Shown here: in pieces, positions 41,841 through 50,179 of the stretch
How the letters are laid out: each line of letters starts with the position of its first letter
Numbering within the stretch: position 1 is the stretch's first letter
Assembly (NCBI GenBank): GCA_964585095.1
Contig: CAZPCN010000006.1
Location: forward strand, 13,160-77,159
Reading direction: 5' to 3'
DNA length: 64,000 nucleotides
Source: an uncultured Syntrophaceae bacterium
Lineage (GTDB): Bacteria; Desulfobacterota; Syntrophia; Syntrophales; UBA2192
Notes under the pieces: model-generated
The model's input: only the letters and a program-made list of their open reading frames with translations
Database searches by the model: none
Told to the model about the DNA's origin: nothing
Translations under genes and position numbers: made by a program

Positions 41841-42838
41841 TCTTTCATCCGGCGATCCTCGCCCTGCTGTTCTCCTCGGCATTCATTTGCTTCATGGTTC
41901 TGTACGCAGCGACTTGCGGGATCCAGATCCTGAGGCGCTGGGACCTTAGAAGCGGCAGCGAGCTGCAGCTTTCGCTTGAGCGTAAGACATACCTCGTCTC
42001 GAGCATGCTTTGCTACGCGTTCGGTTTTCAGCTGATATCGCTTTTCCTTTTCGTTTACACTGTCGACCGCATTTACCCCTTTTTCGTAGGCGCCATGTGC
42101 GCAGCGGGGTCCCTGTATGCAAACGCCTACGGTTATCCGGTGCTTCTTTTCAAAGTGATGAATTTTCTCCTGGCGGGGTTCTGGCTTCTGCTGAATTATA
42201 CTGACAACCGGGCTTCCGATTATCCCCTCATCAGGAAACGGTACGGCCTTCTTCTCGCCCTAGCCGTGCTGATCCCCGTCGAGAGCGTTCTGCAGGCGAA
42301 CTATTTTGCCCGACTCGCTCCGAATATCATCACATCCTGCTGTGGCAGCTTGTTCAGCGGCGATGCGGCAGACGGCTCATCCGACATTACGGCGTTGCCG
42401 GCCGCTATCATGAAGATCGTCTTCTTCGTCGTGATGGCGTTCACGCTGGGGTCAGGCCTGGTTTACTCCCTGAAGCGCAAAGGGGGCTATCTGTTCAGCG
42501 CGCTGAGCGCGTTGTGTTTTATTGTCTCCATCCTCTCCATCCTGTCGTTCATTTCCCCTTACGTCTACGAATTGCCGACCCATCACTGTCCTTTTTGCCT
42601 ACTGCAGAAAGAATACGGCCACATCGGTTATCCCCTGTACCTGGCCTTGTTCGGCGCGACGATACTGGGCACAGGAGTGGGAATCCTGATGCCTTTCGTG
42701 AAAATCGCCAGTCTTGCCCAGACGATCCCTTCCATCCAGAAGCGTATCGGCCTGGCCGCAGTCGTCCTGTTTTCCCTGTTTTTGATCCTCGTTGCATGGA
42801 AGATGATCTTTACCGACTTCATCCTGGACGTACAGTGA
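41837..42838 (+). CDS. Polytopic membrane protein with conserved-looking Cys motifs (AMCAAG, SCCGSLF, HHCPFC)
   Basis: ATGA overlap with the ATPase gene. About 9-10 predicted TM helices. I recognise no family. ELPTHHCPFCLLQKEY resembles the PCxLCxxQR redox motif of DsbB-type proteins. Confidence 0.7.
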   Translation: MIFHPAILALLFSSAFICFMVLYAATCGIQILRRWDLRSGSELQLSLERKTYLVSSMLCYAFGFQLISLFLFVYTVDRIYPFFVGAMCAAGSLYANAYGYPVLLFKVMNFLLAGFWLLLNYTDNRASDYPLIRKRYGLLLALAVLIPVESVLQANYFARLAPNIITSCCGSLFSGDAADGSSDITALPAAIMKIVFFVVMAFTLGSGLVYSLKRKGGYLFSALSALCFIVSILSILSFISPYVYELPTHHCPFCLLQKEYGHIGYPLYLALFGATILGTGVGILMPFVKIASLAQTIPSIQKRIGLAAVVLFSLFLILVAWKMIFTDFILDVQ

Positions 42839-43020
42839 ACAGGACCGCTGACAACGGGTTCCCGCGATGAGCCGGGCCATTGCCCGTCATCCATATCCCG
42901 AAGCACAAATCATCTATCGGATAGGGCAGTATCAGGGTTTATCCTATTGGAAGGCATGGGGCCTTCAGCATAGTATCAGTGTAGAAACCTGGCGCAGGAA
43001 GCGCAAGCGGAGGTGTTCCG

Positions 43021-44229
43021 ATGAGACAATATCGCGCCCCTGTCATTTCCTCTTTATCCTGCCTGTCTCTGCGAATGGGACTGTTGCTGTTGCTGTTTTG
43101 CGGATGTGGGGGCGGAGGGGGGGGCTCAGACGGTGCAACGCCCGCCCCGCCCCCGTCACAGCCGATCGTACTTTCCGGCTTCGTAGCGGGTTTCACCGCT
43201 CCGATAGGCCTTGAAGCGCCGGACGACGGCACGGGACGCTTGTTCGTGATCGAACAGGGAGGAACCATCCGCATCATTCAGAATGCTTCCGTGCTTCCGA
43301 CGCCGTTCCTCGATGTAACCACCCTGGTCGAATCCGGTGGGGAGAAAGGATTGCTCGGGCTGACATTCCACCCGAATTTCAATACCACGAGAAGATTTTT
43401 CGTCCACTATACTCGCCGCGTGGGTACTCAACTCCAGTCCGTCATTTCCGAGTTTTCTGCATCCAACATCAATCCGAATCAGGCCGATGTGGCCAGCGAG
43501 CGGCCGTTACTGATTGTGAATCAACCCTTCGACAACCATAACGGGGGACAGCTCGCCTTCGGCCATGACGGCTTCCTGTACGTCGCACTCGGTGACGGCG
43601 GCGACAATGGCGCCAACGGACAGGACCTTCAAGTGCTGCTTGGCAAAATACTACGCATCGATGTCGATGGTTCCTTTGCCCCCGGGAAGCAATACGCGAT
43701 TCCGGCCGACAACCCCTTTGCGGCGGGGGGTGGGCTTCCCGAGATCTGGGCGTATGGGTTTCGTAATCCCTGGAGGTTTTCATTCGACCGTGGCACGGGG
43801 CGCCTCTTTGCCGGAGATGTCGGCCCAAGCAGTTTTGAGGAAGTGGACCTGATCGTCGGCGGAGGGAACTTCGGATGGAACATCATGGAAGGCAGCCACT
43901 GCTACCCTCCGGGCACTTCCTGCAACTCGACAGGACTGACTCTGCCAATCACCGAGTATGCCCACGATGCGGACGGGGGGATCGCGGTCATCGGGGGCTT
44001 CGTCTACCGGGGCGCATTCATTCCAGGCCTGGTAGGGCACTATGTCTTCGGCGATTTTTCCAGCGGTCGCCTCTGGGGACTGCAAGAAGTCAGTCCCGGC
44101 GTCTGGCAACGGACGCTGCTGCTCACCCATAACCGGATCGTCAGCGCTTTCGGGCAGGATTCCGCCGGAGAACTCTACCTGGTCGACTATGGCACTGGCG
44201 CGGTTCTGAATATACAAGCCGGGCCATGA
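43021..44229 (+). CDS. PQQ-dependent sugar dehydrogenase (soluble aldose/sorbosone dehydrogenase, YliI-like), probable lipoprotein
   Basis: LLLLLFCGCGGGGGGS N-terminus. Beta-propeller motifs DGTGRLFVIEQGGTIRII, HNGGQLAFGHDGFLYVALGDGG, IWAYGFRNPWRFSFD and NFGWNIMEG. Confidence 0.85.
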   Translation: MRQYRAPVISSLSCLSLRMGLLLLLFCGCGGGGGGSDGATPAPPPSQPIVLSGFVAGFTAPIGLEAPDDGTGRLFVIEQGGTIRIIQNASVLPTPFLDVTTLVESGGEKGLLGLTFHPNFNTTRRFFVHYTRRVGTQLQSVISEFSASNINPNQADVASERPLLIVNQPFDNHNGGQLAFGHDGFLYVALGDGGDNGANGQDLQVLLGKILRIDVDGSFAPGKQYAIPADNPFAAGGGLPEIWAYGFRNPWRFSFDRGTGRLFAGDVGPSSFEEVDLIVGGGNFGWNIMEGSHCYPPGTSCNSTGLTLPITEYAHDADGGIAVIGGFVYRGAFIPGLVGHYVFGDFSSGRLWGLQEVSPGVWQRTLLLTHNRIVSAFGQDSAGELYLVDYGTGAVLNIQAGP

Positions 44230-44470
44230 TACCGAGTCCATTCACGGCGCCTCCTGCCCGGTCGGAACGAGAGCACGGGAAGGGTTGATAGGCTCCGCCG
44301 TTTGTTCTTGACGGCGAAAGGCCGCGAGATGAACGTCACCCAACATTCGGTTATAGGAGACATCCCTCCAAGATGTAGAAGAAGGGGGTGCAAAAGATGC
44401 AACAAGGATTGCACGGCAGGGGTTTGTTGCGTTCTTGACCGGCAATTGCCGGTGGCATGGGGACGGCATC

Positions 44471-45139
44471 CTATTCGAACATGCCGGCGTTGAAGGACTT
44501 CCCGTCGTAAGATAGTTTGACGCGGGTGGGGTGGATCTCGAGGATCTTCATGCCGTCCACCGTCTCCCCTTCCCGGGCGACCCTTCCATTGATCATGGCC
44601 TTGCGCTCTGAGCGCTCCTCCTGCCAGACGATCCCCGAGATCTTCACGGCCGGGCGCACTGCTTCGATCTCCCCGGACCGGGCTGGCGCCTTCTTGGAGT
44701 GATCCTGCCTTGCGGAAGCCCGTCCCTTCGCAGCCGGTTCGATGTCCCCTGTTTCCCTTCCGGGCTGCTTCGCCGCGGCGGCGGCTTCGGGAGGCGCAGG
44801 GGTGCCCGGCGGGGTGGTCGGTGCCTGGGCATGTTTACCGGCCGTCTCGGCGGGCACGGGCGGTACAGGAGCAGGCGCCGCCGGCGGGGCCTGGACCGGG
44901 GCCGCGAAGGGTGCAGGGGACGGTCCTCCCTTCCGCGGGCCGGGACCTCCGACGGCGAGGAAAGTCACCAGGGCTGCAACACATGCCGTGACCCCCAGCG
45001 TAATCACGCGGGGCACGAGGCCGCTTCGGCGGGGGGAATCGCCCGCCTTCAGGATCTCGGCGGAGAGATCACGCCTGCCTGCGTTGCCGGCGGCCCGGTC
45101 GCGATCGAGTTTTTTCAACGCGTCCAGGATCAGACTCAT
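44471..45139 (-). CDS. gspB: GspB/ExeB-like type II secretion accessory protein
   Basis: Family-typical N-terminus MSLILDALKKLDRDR, one TM, a Pro/Ala-rich linker, and the C-terminal domain GIVWQEERSERKAMINGRVAREGETVDGMKILEIHPTRVKL. It lies directly downstream of exeA. Confidence 0.7.
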   Translation of the reverse strand: MSLILDALKKLDRDRAAGNAGRRDLSAEILKAGDSPRRSGLVPRVITLGVTACVAALVTFLAVGGPGPRKGGPSPAPFAAPVQAPPAAPAPVPPVPAETAGKHAQAPTTPPGTPAPPEAAAAAKQPGRETGDIEPAAKGRASARQDHSKKAPARSGEIEAVRPAVKISGIVWQEERSERKAMINGRVAREGETVDGMKILEIHPTRVKLSYDGKSFNAGMFE

Positions 45140-45145
45140 CCCGCA

Positions 45146-46765
45146 TCACCTTTCGAGTCCGGGCGAACCGGCCCGGTCCGCGGCACGGTACAGGAGGATC
45201 AGCGTCTGCTGGCCCGCAATGCCATCCGGCTCGAGGCCCCTGCCCGACTGGAATTCCCGTACTGCCGAAACCGTCTGCCTGTCGTACCGGCCCGTCACCT
45301 GGCCCGCGTAGGCCCCCGCCTGCGCAAGCAGTCGCTGCAGATCGCGGACGTTCTTTCCGCTCGAACCGGGCAGCAAACGGTCCGGGAACCCCAGCGGGTT
45401 TTTCCAGGCGACGAGCGCCCGGCCGGTCCAGCATTGTTCCAAGTCGAGAGCCGTGATTGTTGCGGTTTCGCCCGGGAACACATCCATCCGGAGCTGTCCT
45501 TCCCGAGTCCCCGTCAGGGCGGCGTAACGCCGATCCGGCAATCCAGGAAGCCGCATCTCGAGGATGGCCGGGCTGTCCAGGCGCAAAAGGCCGCCCAGAT
45601 TCCCCGAAAACCGGCACAGGGATAATCCTGCCTCCCGTACCGCCCGCTCCATCGTCCGGGGATCGCTCAGATCGGCGGGGCCCTCGATCGGATTGATGTT
45701 CCATGCCCCGGCCAGCGCGTTGAACGCGGCTCGGGCGCTTGCCTCCTCGCTCGACCCCCTCCATGCGGCCTCGAGTTTCTTCGGAGGCGGCTCAGGGGTC
45801 GGCACGGTTGCCGTCACGGGTTGCGCCGCAGCGGCGGGCGCAGGCGGCCTGAAATGCTCCAGCAGCTCCTGCCCGTAAAAATGAATCCCCGCTGCCGCCG
45901 CGAGCATGGCAGTTGCGAGACCTGCGCCGGCCAAGACTTTCCATCGGCGCGAAGCCCGCTCGGATTTCACATCGGCAATACCCACCGATGCGATCCGAGC
46001 GGTGACAGTCTGCGCGTTTCGCGTGTAGGCTGCCAGAAGGGAGCGGTCGGCGGCGATGTTGACAAGCCTGGGCAGGCCGCCGGAATAGCGGTATATCCGC
46101 TGCACGGAGCCCTTCGTGAAGGAGGGGGTCCCTTTCGCGCCGGCGACCTTCATGCGGTGCAGGATATAGAGGGACGTGTCGTGCGGGGTCATGGGGCGTA
46201 GGTGGTACCGGACAACGATCCGCTGGTTGAGCTGGCGCAGTTCCTTCCTCTCTAACAGTTGAACCATCTCCGGCTGCCCGGAGAGTACGATCTGTAGGAG
46301 CTTCTCGCGGTCCGTCTCCAGGTTGGAGATCAGCCGGATCTGCTCGAGGACCTCGGGCCGGAGGTTCTGCGCCTCGTCGATGACCAGGACGACGATCTTC
46401 CCTTTTTCGTGCTGGCGAATGAGAAACCGGTTGAGGGCTTCGAGAAGTGCCGGGGATTCGAGGCCCTCCGACGGAAGCAGAAATTCCCGGTTGACGGCCC
46501 GAAGAAGATCCGGCGCGGACAGGCACGGATTGAAGATCAGTGCCGTGCAGTAGCGATCGGGATCGAGTTGAGTCAAAAGCGCCCGTAGTACCGTCGTCTT
46601 GCCGGCTCCGATTTCGCCCGTCAACGCGATGAACCCCGTCCGGTTGTCGATCCCGTAGGCGAGATGCGCCAGGGCATCCCGGTGGCCCTCGCTGAGAAAC
46701 AGAAAGCGAGGGTCGGGGGTCATGTTGAATGGCTTTTCTCGCAAACAGAAATGATCGCAATACAT
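45146..46765 (-). CDS. gspA: GspA/ExeA-like AAA ATPase with C-terminal peptidoglycan-binding domain
   Basis: N-terminus MYCDHFCLREKPFNMTPDPRFLF, Walker A GEIGAGKTT, Walker B VVLVIDEAQNL, a TM, and the C-terminal PG_binding_1-like segment VRDLQRLLAQAGAYAGQVTGRYDRQTVSAVREFQSGRGLEPDGIAG. Confidence 0.85.
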   Translation of the reverse strand: MYCDHFCLREKPFNMTPDPRFLFLSEGHRDALAHLAYGIDNRTGFIALTGEIGAGKTTVLRALLTQLDPDRYCTALIFNPCLSAPDLLRAVNREFLLPSEGLESPALLEALNRFLIRQHEKGKIVVLVIDEAQNLRPEVLEQIRLISNLETDREKLLQIVLSGQPEMVQLLERKELRQLNQRIVVRYHLRPMTPHDTSLYILHRMKVAGAKGTPSFTKGSVQRIYRYSGGLPRLVNIAADRSLLAAYTRNAQTVTARIASVGIADVKSERASRRWKVLAGAGLATAMLAAAAGIHFYGQELLEHFRPPAPAAAAQPVTATVPTPEPPPKKLEAAWRGSSEEASARAAFNALAGAWNINPIEGPADLSDPRTMERAVREAGLSLCRFSGNLGGLLRLDSPAILEMRLPGLPDRRYAALTGTREGQLRMDVFPGETATITALDLEQCWTGRALVAWKNPLGFPDRLLPGSSGKNVRDLQRLLAQAGAYAGQVTGRYDRQTVSAVREFQSGRGLEPDGIAGQQTLILLYRAADRAGSPGLER

Positions 46766-46901
46766 GGGGCTGTCACCTGTCCGGCCGGAGCGCTGCGGAG
46801 CGCGTCAACGTGTCGCAAGGATCATCGAACGGCGCGGCGGAGGGCCAGGATACGGCGGGACGTCCTCGATTCCGCTCCGGCCCAGCACGCCGGCATGCGA
46901 T

Positions 46902-47165
46902 TCAGACCCGTGACGACGGCAAGGGTTTTCGCCCGCCGTTGCGGCCGCTGGCGCAGCCCAGACAGATGGCGAGCCCTTTCTTGTGGACGTATTCGAAGAA
47001 ATCTCCCTGCATGGTATCGTCAAGGTTTTCTCTCTTCGCTTTTTCCCTGCGCGCCCGGCATGCCTGTTTCGAGATGATCAGGTTGCCCGGCTGGAATTGG
47101 CAGTTCACCATCCGGTGTCGGTTGGCGGCAAGCCACTCGGTGGTCATGTGCTGCAGGTTCGCCAT
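46902..47165 (-). CDS. Small hypothetical protein (87 aa, four Cys)
   Basis: A strong RBS, GAAAGGAGG, lies 6 nt upstream of the ATG at 47165. Sequence MANLQHMTTEWLAANRHRMVNCQFQPGNLIISKQACRARREKAKRENL...ICLGCASG. No family recognised. Confidence 0.5.
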   Translation of the reverse strand: MANLQHMTTEWLAANRHRMVNCQFQPGNLIISKQACRARREKAKRENLDDTMQGDFFEYVHKKGLAICLGCASGRNGGRKPLPSSRV

Positions 47166-47485
47166 GGGAGACCTCCTTTCTGTCCACGGATGACGGGTCC
47201 ACGAGATGACTGCCGGTCCCCTGGGGCTGGGGCGCCGGCCCCTGCGAGAGGCACCAGTGTAATCGAGCCTGAGAGGCACTGCCATCGGTGCATTGATGAA
47301 ATGGCCGGGCAATTTGCCTTGCCGTGCCTAATCCAAACTATGATAGAATCTAAGGGAATGGTTCGGGTCATTTCAGCGCTCCCCTGATTTCATGCAGAAA
47401 GAGGCGCTGCTATAGTTGCATCAAGTGGATAGGCTGGGACGGCCGGCGCAGGAGCAAAACCAGATCAGCAGGCAGAGGCTAAAGC

Positions 47486-48139
47486 ATGAGCATCCGGGTT
47501 ATTCTTGCCGACGACCACAAGATCATCCGCGACGGGTTGCGAACCCTGATCGAAAAGGAAACAGGGATGGAGGTCGTCGCCGAGGCAGAGAACGGCCGTA
47601 AGACGATCCGTCTCACGCAGAAGTTGATCCCGAACGTGGTCATCATGGATGTCTCGATGCCCGACATGAACGGAATCGAGGCGACCCGCAAGATCATCGC
47701 CGAAATGCCGCACGTCAGGGTGATCGCGCTGTCCATGCACTCTGACCGCCGGTTCGTCCTCGGCATGCTGGAAGCGGGGGCGTCAGGTTATTTGCTCAAG
47801 GACTGCGCCTTCGACGAGCTCAGCCATGCCATCCGGAACGTCACCGCCGGCCACACCTACCTGAGCCCCAAGATCGCCGATGTCGTCGTCAAAGGGTACC
47901 TGAGCAAGATCTCCGAGGCGACATTGATGTCCGGCAACGTGCTGACGCCCCGCGAGCGCGAGATCCTGCAGCTCATCGCCGAGGGCATGAGCGCAAAGGA
48001 AATTGCGGATCATTTGAACCTGGGGATCAAGACCGTCGAGACCCACCGCCGCAACATGATGCAGAAGCTCAAGATGAACAGCATCGCCGAGCTGACGAAA
48101 TACGCCGTTCGAGAAGGGCTGGTCTCGCTGGAGAGATAG
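47486..48139 (+). CDS. NarL/LuxR-family response regulator (REC + HTH)
   Basis: Receiver motifs ADDH, VVIMDVSMPDMNG and GASGYLLKD. C-terminal LuxR HTH LTPREREILQLIAEGMSAKEIADHLNLGIKTVETHRRNMMQKL. Confidence 0.9.
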   Translation: MSIRVILADDHKIIRDGLRTLIEKETGMEVVAEAENGRKTIRLTQKLIPNVVIMDVSMPDMNGIEATRKIIAEMPHVRVIALSMHSDRRFVLGMLEAGASGYLLKDCAFDELSHAIRNVTAGHTYLSPKIADVVVKGYLSKISEATLMSGNVLTPREREILQLIAEGMSAKEIADHLNLGIKTVETHRRNMMQKLKMNSIAELTKYAVREGLVSLER

Positions 48140-48254
48140 CCGCCACTTCCCGTATTTGGCGCCGCCGCCCCGTGCACTCCTCCATTCCCCGAGAAGCCGC
48201 TGAGCGTTTTCATTCACGTAAATCGCGGATATCCCGATACATGTCCCCTTCAGC

Positions 48255-48825
48255 ATGCGGTATCCTGCAGGCACACACCGCTCCGTAAAACAGATCCAAC
48301 AGGCATAACCCGGAAATCGCGAAGTTCAAATTTCGTGCGACCAATCGGTGGCTCGAGGGAACGCACAACCGGGCCACGGTCAAGGATTTCTACGGCGCCC
48401 TGCAGGAAGACATCTCGCGCAAGCCGATCGACTTCGAGATCGACGAGCCGCCAGTCCTCCTGGGCCGCAACGTCGGTCCCAACCCGGTGGAATACGTCCT
48501 CGTCGGGCTTTCGGGCTGCCTCACGACGAGCCTCATCGCTCACGCGGCCGCACGGGGGATCGAGCCCAAGGGCCTCTCGACCCGCCTGGAGGGGGACCTG
48601 GACCTGAGGGGGTTTCTGGGGATCTCGGAGGACGTGACGGTGGGCTACGAACGGATTCGCGTCTATTTCACCCTCGACGCCGACATCCCGGACGAGAAGA
48701 AGCGGGAGCTGATCCGCATGGCCGCGAAGTACTCTCCGGTCTACAACACGGTAGCCAACCCCGTTGCTGTCGAGGTGCTTCTCGACGAAGGGAGGACGGA
48801 GGGCAAAAAATCGGCCACGGCGTGA
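48255..48825 (+). pseudogene. OsmC-family protein gene interrupted by an apparent single-base frameshift near 48300-48308
   Basis: The frame holding the OsmC core (NPEIAKFKFRATNRWLEGTHNRATVKDFYGA...GPNPVEYVLVGLSGCLTT...KYSPVYNT) is open only from 48289 and has no ATG, GTG or TTG before the GTG at 48487. An ATG at 48255 in a different frame reads MRYPAGTHRSVKQIQQA, then hits TAA at 48306. Confidence 0.55.
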
Positions 48826-49035
48826 CACGCGGATCGGCGGGGCTGCGACATGAAATCGGCGGGATCGACGAGGTCCCGCCGATTTTGGTTACGCTGTCCT
48901 CCGAACCGCCCCTTCTTCAAGGCGAGCCACTCGTTTCCTCACAGATTTCGGGGGCCGGGATCTCTTTCCGTTTCGGCGCACGGCAACCCGCGCGCCGGGG
49001 AGCCGCCGGCACGCATCGGAACTGCAGGATCTTCG

Positions 49036-49479
49036 TCACCGGACGAGCAGTACCGGGCATTTCGCCTCCCGCATCACCCGCTCGGCAACACTGCCGATGA
49101 GGCTCTTCAGGAGCCCCGTCCGGCCGTGGGACGCGATGACGATGAGGTCGGCCTTGCGCTCCTGCTGCTCCTTGAGGATCTCCTCGTAAGGGATCCCCGA
49201 CTTGACGTCAAAGACCACGTCGATCTTTTTCGCCTTCACGATCTTGTCGACCTCCTCCTGCATCTTCTTGGAGGCCTCCTTCTCGCTGTCGGACTGAACC
49301 CTCATCATCGTCTCCAGGGGGATGCAGTAGTCGATGGCACATTGCTGAAGCTTGTCGACGACGTGCAGGAGAAAGACCTTCGCGTTGTTCTGTTCGGCGA
49401 TGTCCGCGGCCTGCTGCACGGCCCTGTCGGAAAACTTCGAGAAGTCCGTGGGGACCAGGATGGATTTCGGCGTGAACAT
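49036..49479 (-). CDS. Universal stress protein (UspA family)
   Basis: The ATG at 49479 follows AAGGAGG. ILVPTDFS...FLLHVV...ADLIVIASHGRTGL...GSVAERVMREAKCPVLLVR is the classic USP layout. Confidence 0.9.
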   Translation of the reverse strand: MFTPKSILVPTDFSKFSDRAVQQAADIAEQNNAKVFLLHVVDKLQQCAIDYCIPLETMMRVQSDSEKEASKKMQEEVDKIVKAKKIDVVFDVKSGIPYEEILKEQQERKADLIVIASHGRTGLLKSLIGSVAERVMREAKCPVLLVR

Positions 49480-49729
49480 GGTGTGCCTCCTTTCGTTTCG
49501 GGTGGCGAAACCCTTTCTTTTCATTATTTCTAATACCCCGGAGGCGTTCCCGCCATTGGCAGGACTCTGAGCCTTTCCCTCCAAATCCCTGACGAGCCTC
49601 TAAGGGTTTGGATGAGGCGGATTGTTCCACGGGTGAAAAAGGCCGGACGGGACAGGCCGGAATGAAATTGACAGCCGGCGAACAATAGTTTATGTGTCAA
49701 TTATTGATACTACCGGCAAAGGGGCTGAA

Positions 49730-50179
49730 ATGGCGGAAAACGATCGGTTGATCTATCTCATCTCCATGGGCCACCTGGCTCTGCGGACTCACCTTCACGG
49801 CCTCCTGGCCGGGGAAGGGGTGAGGCTCACCGTCCCCCAGGCAACGGTTCTTTTCCTGCTGAAAGAGCGGGACGGGCGGATGATGTCGGAACTCGGGCAG
49901 ATGATCGGCGTGGACAACTCGGCCATGACGGGTCTCATCGACCGGCTCGAGAAGGCTGGGTTCGTCCGCCGCGAGGCCAAGCGTCAGGACCGGCGAGTGC
50001 TCCTGATTCGGATCACCCCGGAGGGCCTTGAGGAAGCGTCCAGGGCGGCGAGCGTCATCCGGGGCGTCAACGAGCGTATCCAATCGGGTTTCGAGGCGGA
50101 ACAAATCAAGGCATTCAGGGATGTCCTGGTCGGCATCCTCGAGCAATTCAAAAGTAAAAGAATCGGGAGGGAACCATGA
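49730..50179 (+). CDS. MarR-family transcriptional regulator
   Basis: Winged-helix core LTVPQATVLFLLKERDGRMMSELGQMIGVDNSAMTGLIDRLEKAGFVRREAKRQDRRVLLIRITPEG. The ATG at 49730 was preferred over the GTG at 49694. Confidence 0.85.
   Translation: MAENDRLIYLISMGHLALRTHLHGLLAGEGVRLTVPQATVLFLLKERDGRMMSELGQMIGVDNSAMTGLIDRLEKAGFVRREAKRQDRRVLLIRITPEGLEEASRAASVIRGVNERIQSGFEAEQIKAFRDVLVGILEQFKSKRIGREP

Noticed and set aside
32900-44300. The copper block as a horizontally acquired genomic island
   Set aside because: I saw no integrase, transposase, flanking tRNA, direct repeats or obvious compositional break by eye. The island hypothesis cannot be supported from this sequence alone.
48250-48828. Minus-strand 192-aa ORF covering the OsmC region
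   Set aside because: The plus strand carries clear OsmC-family sequence, and the minus-strand translation has no recognisable features.
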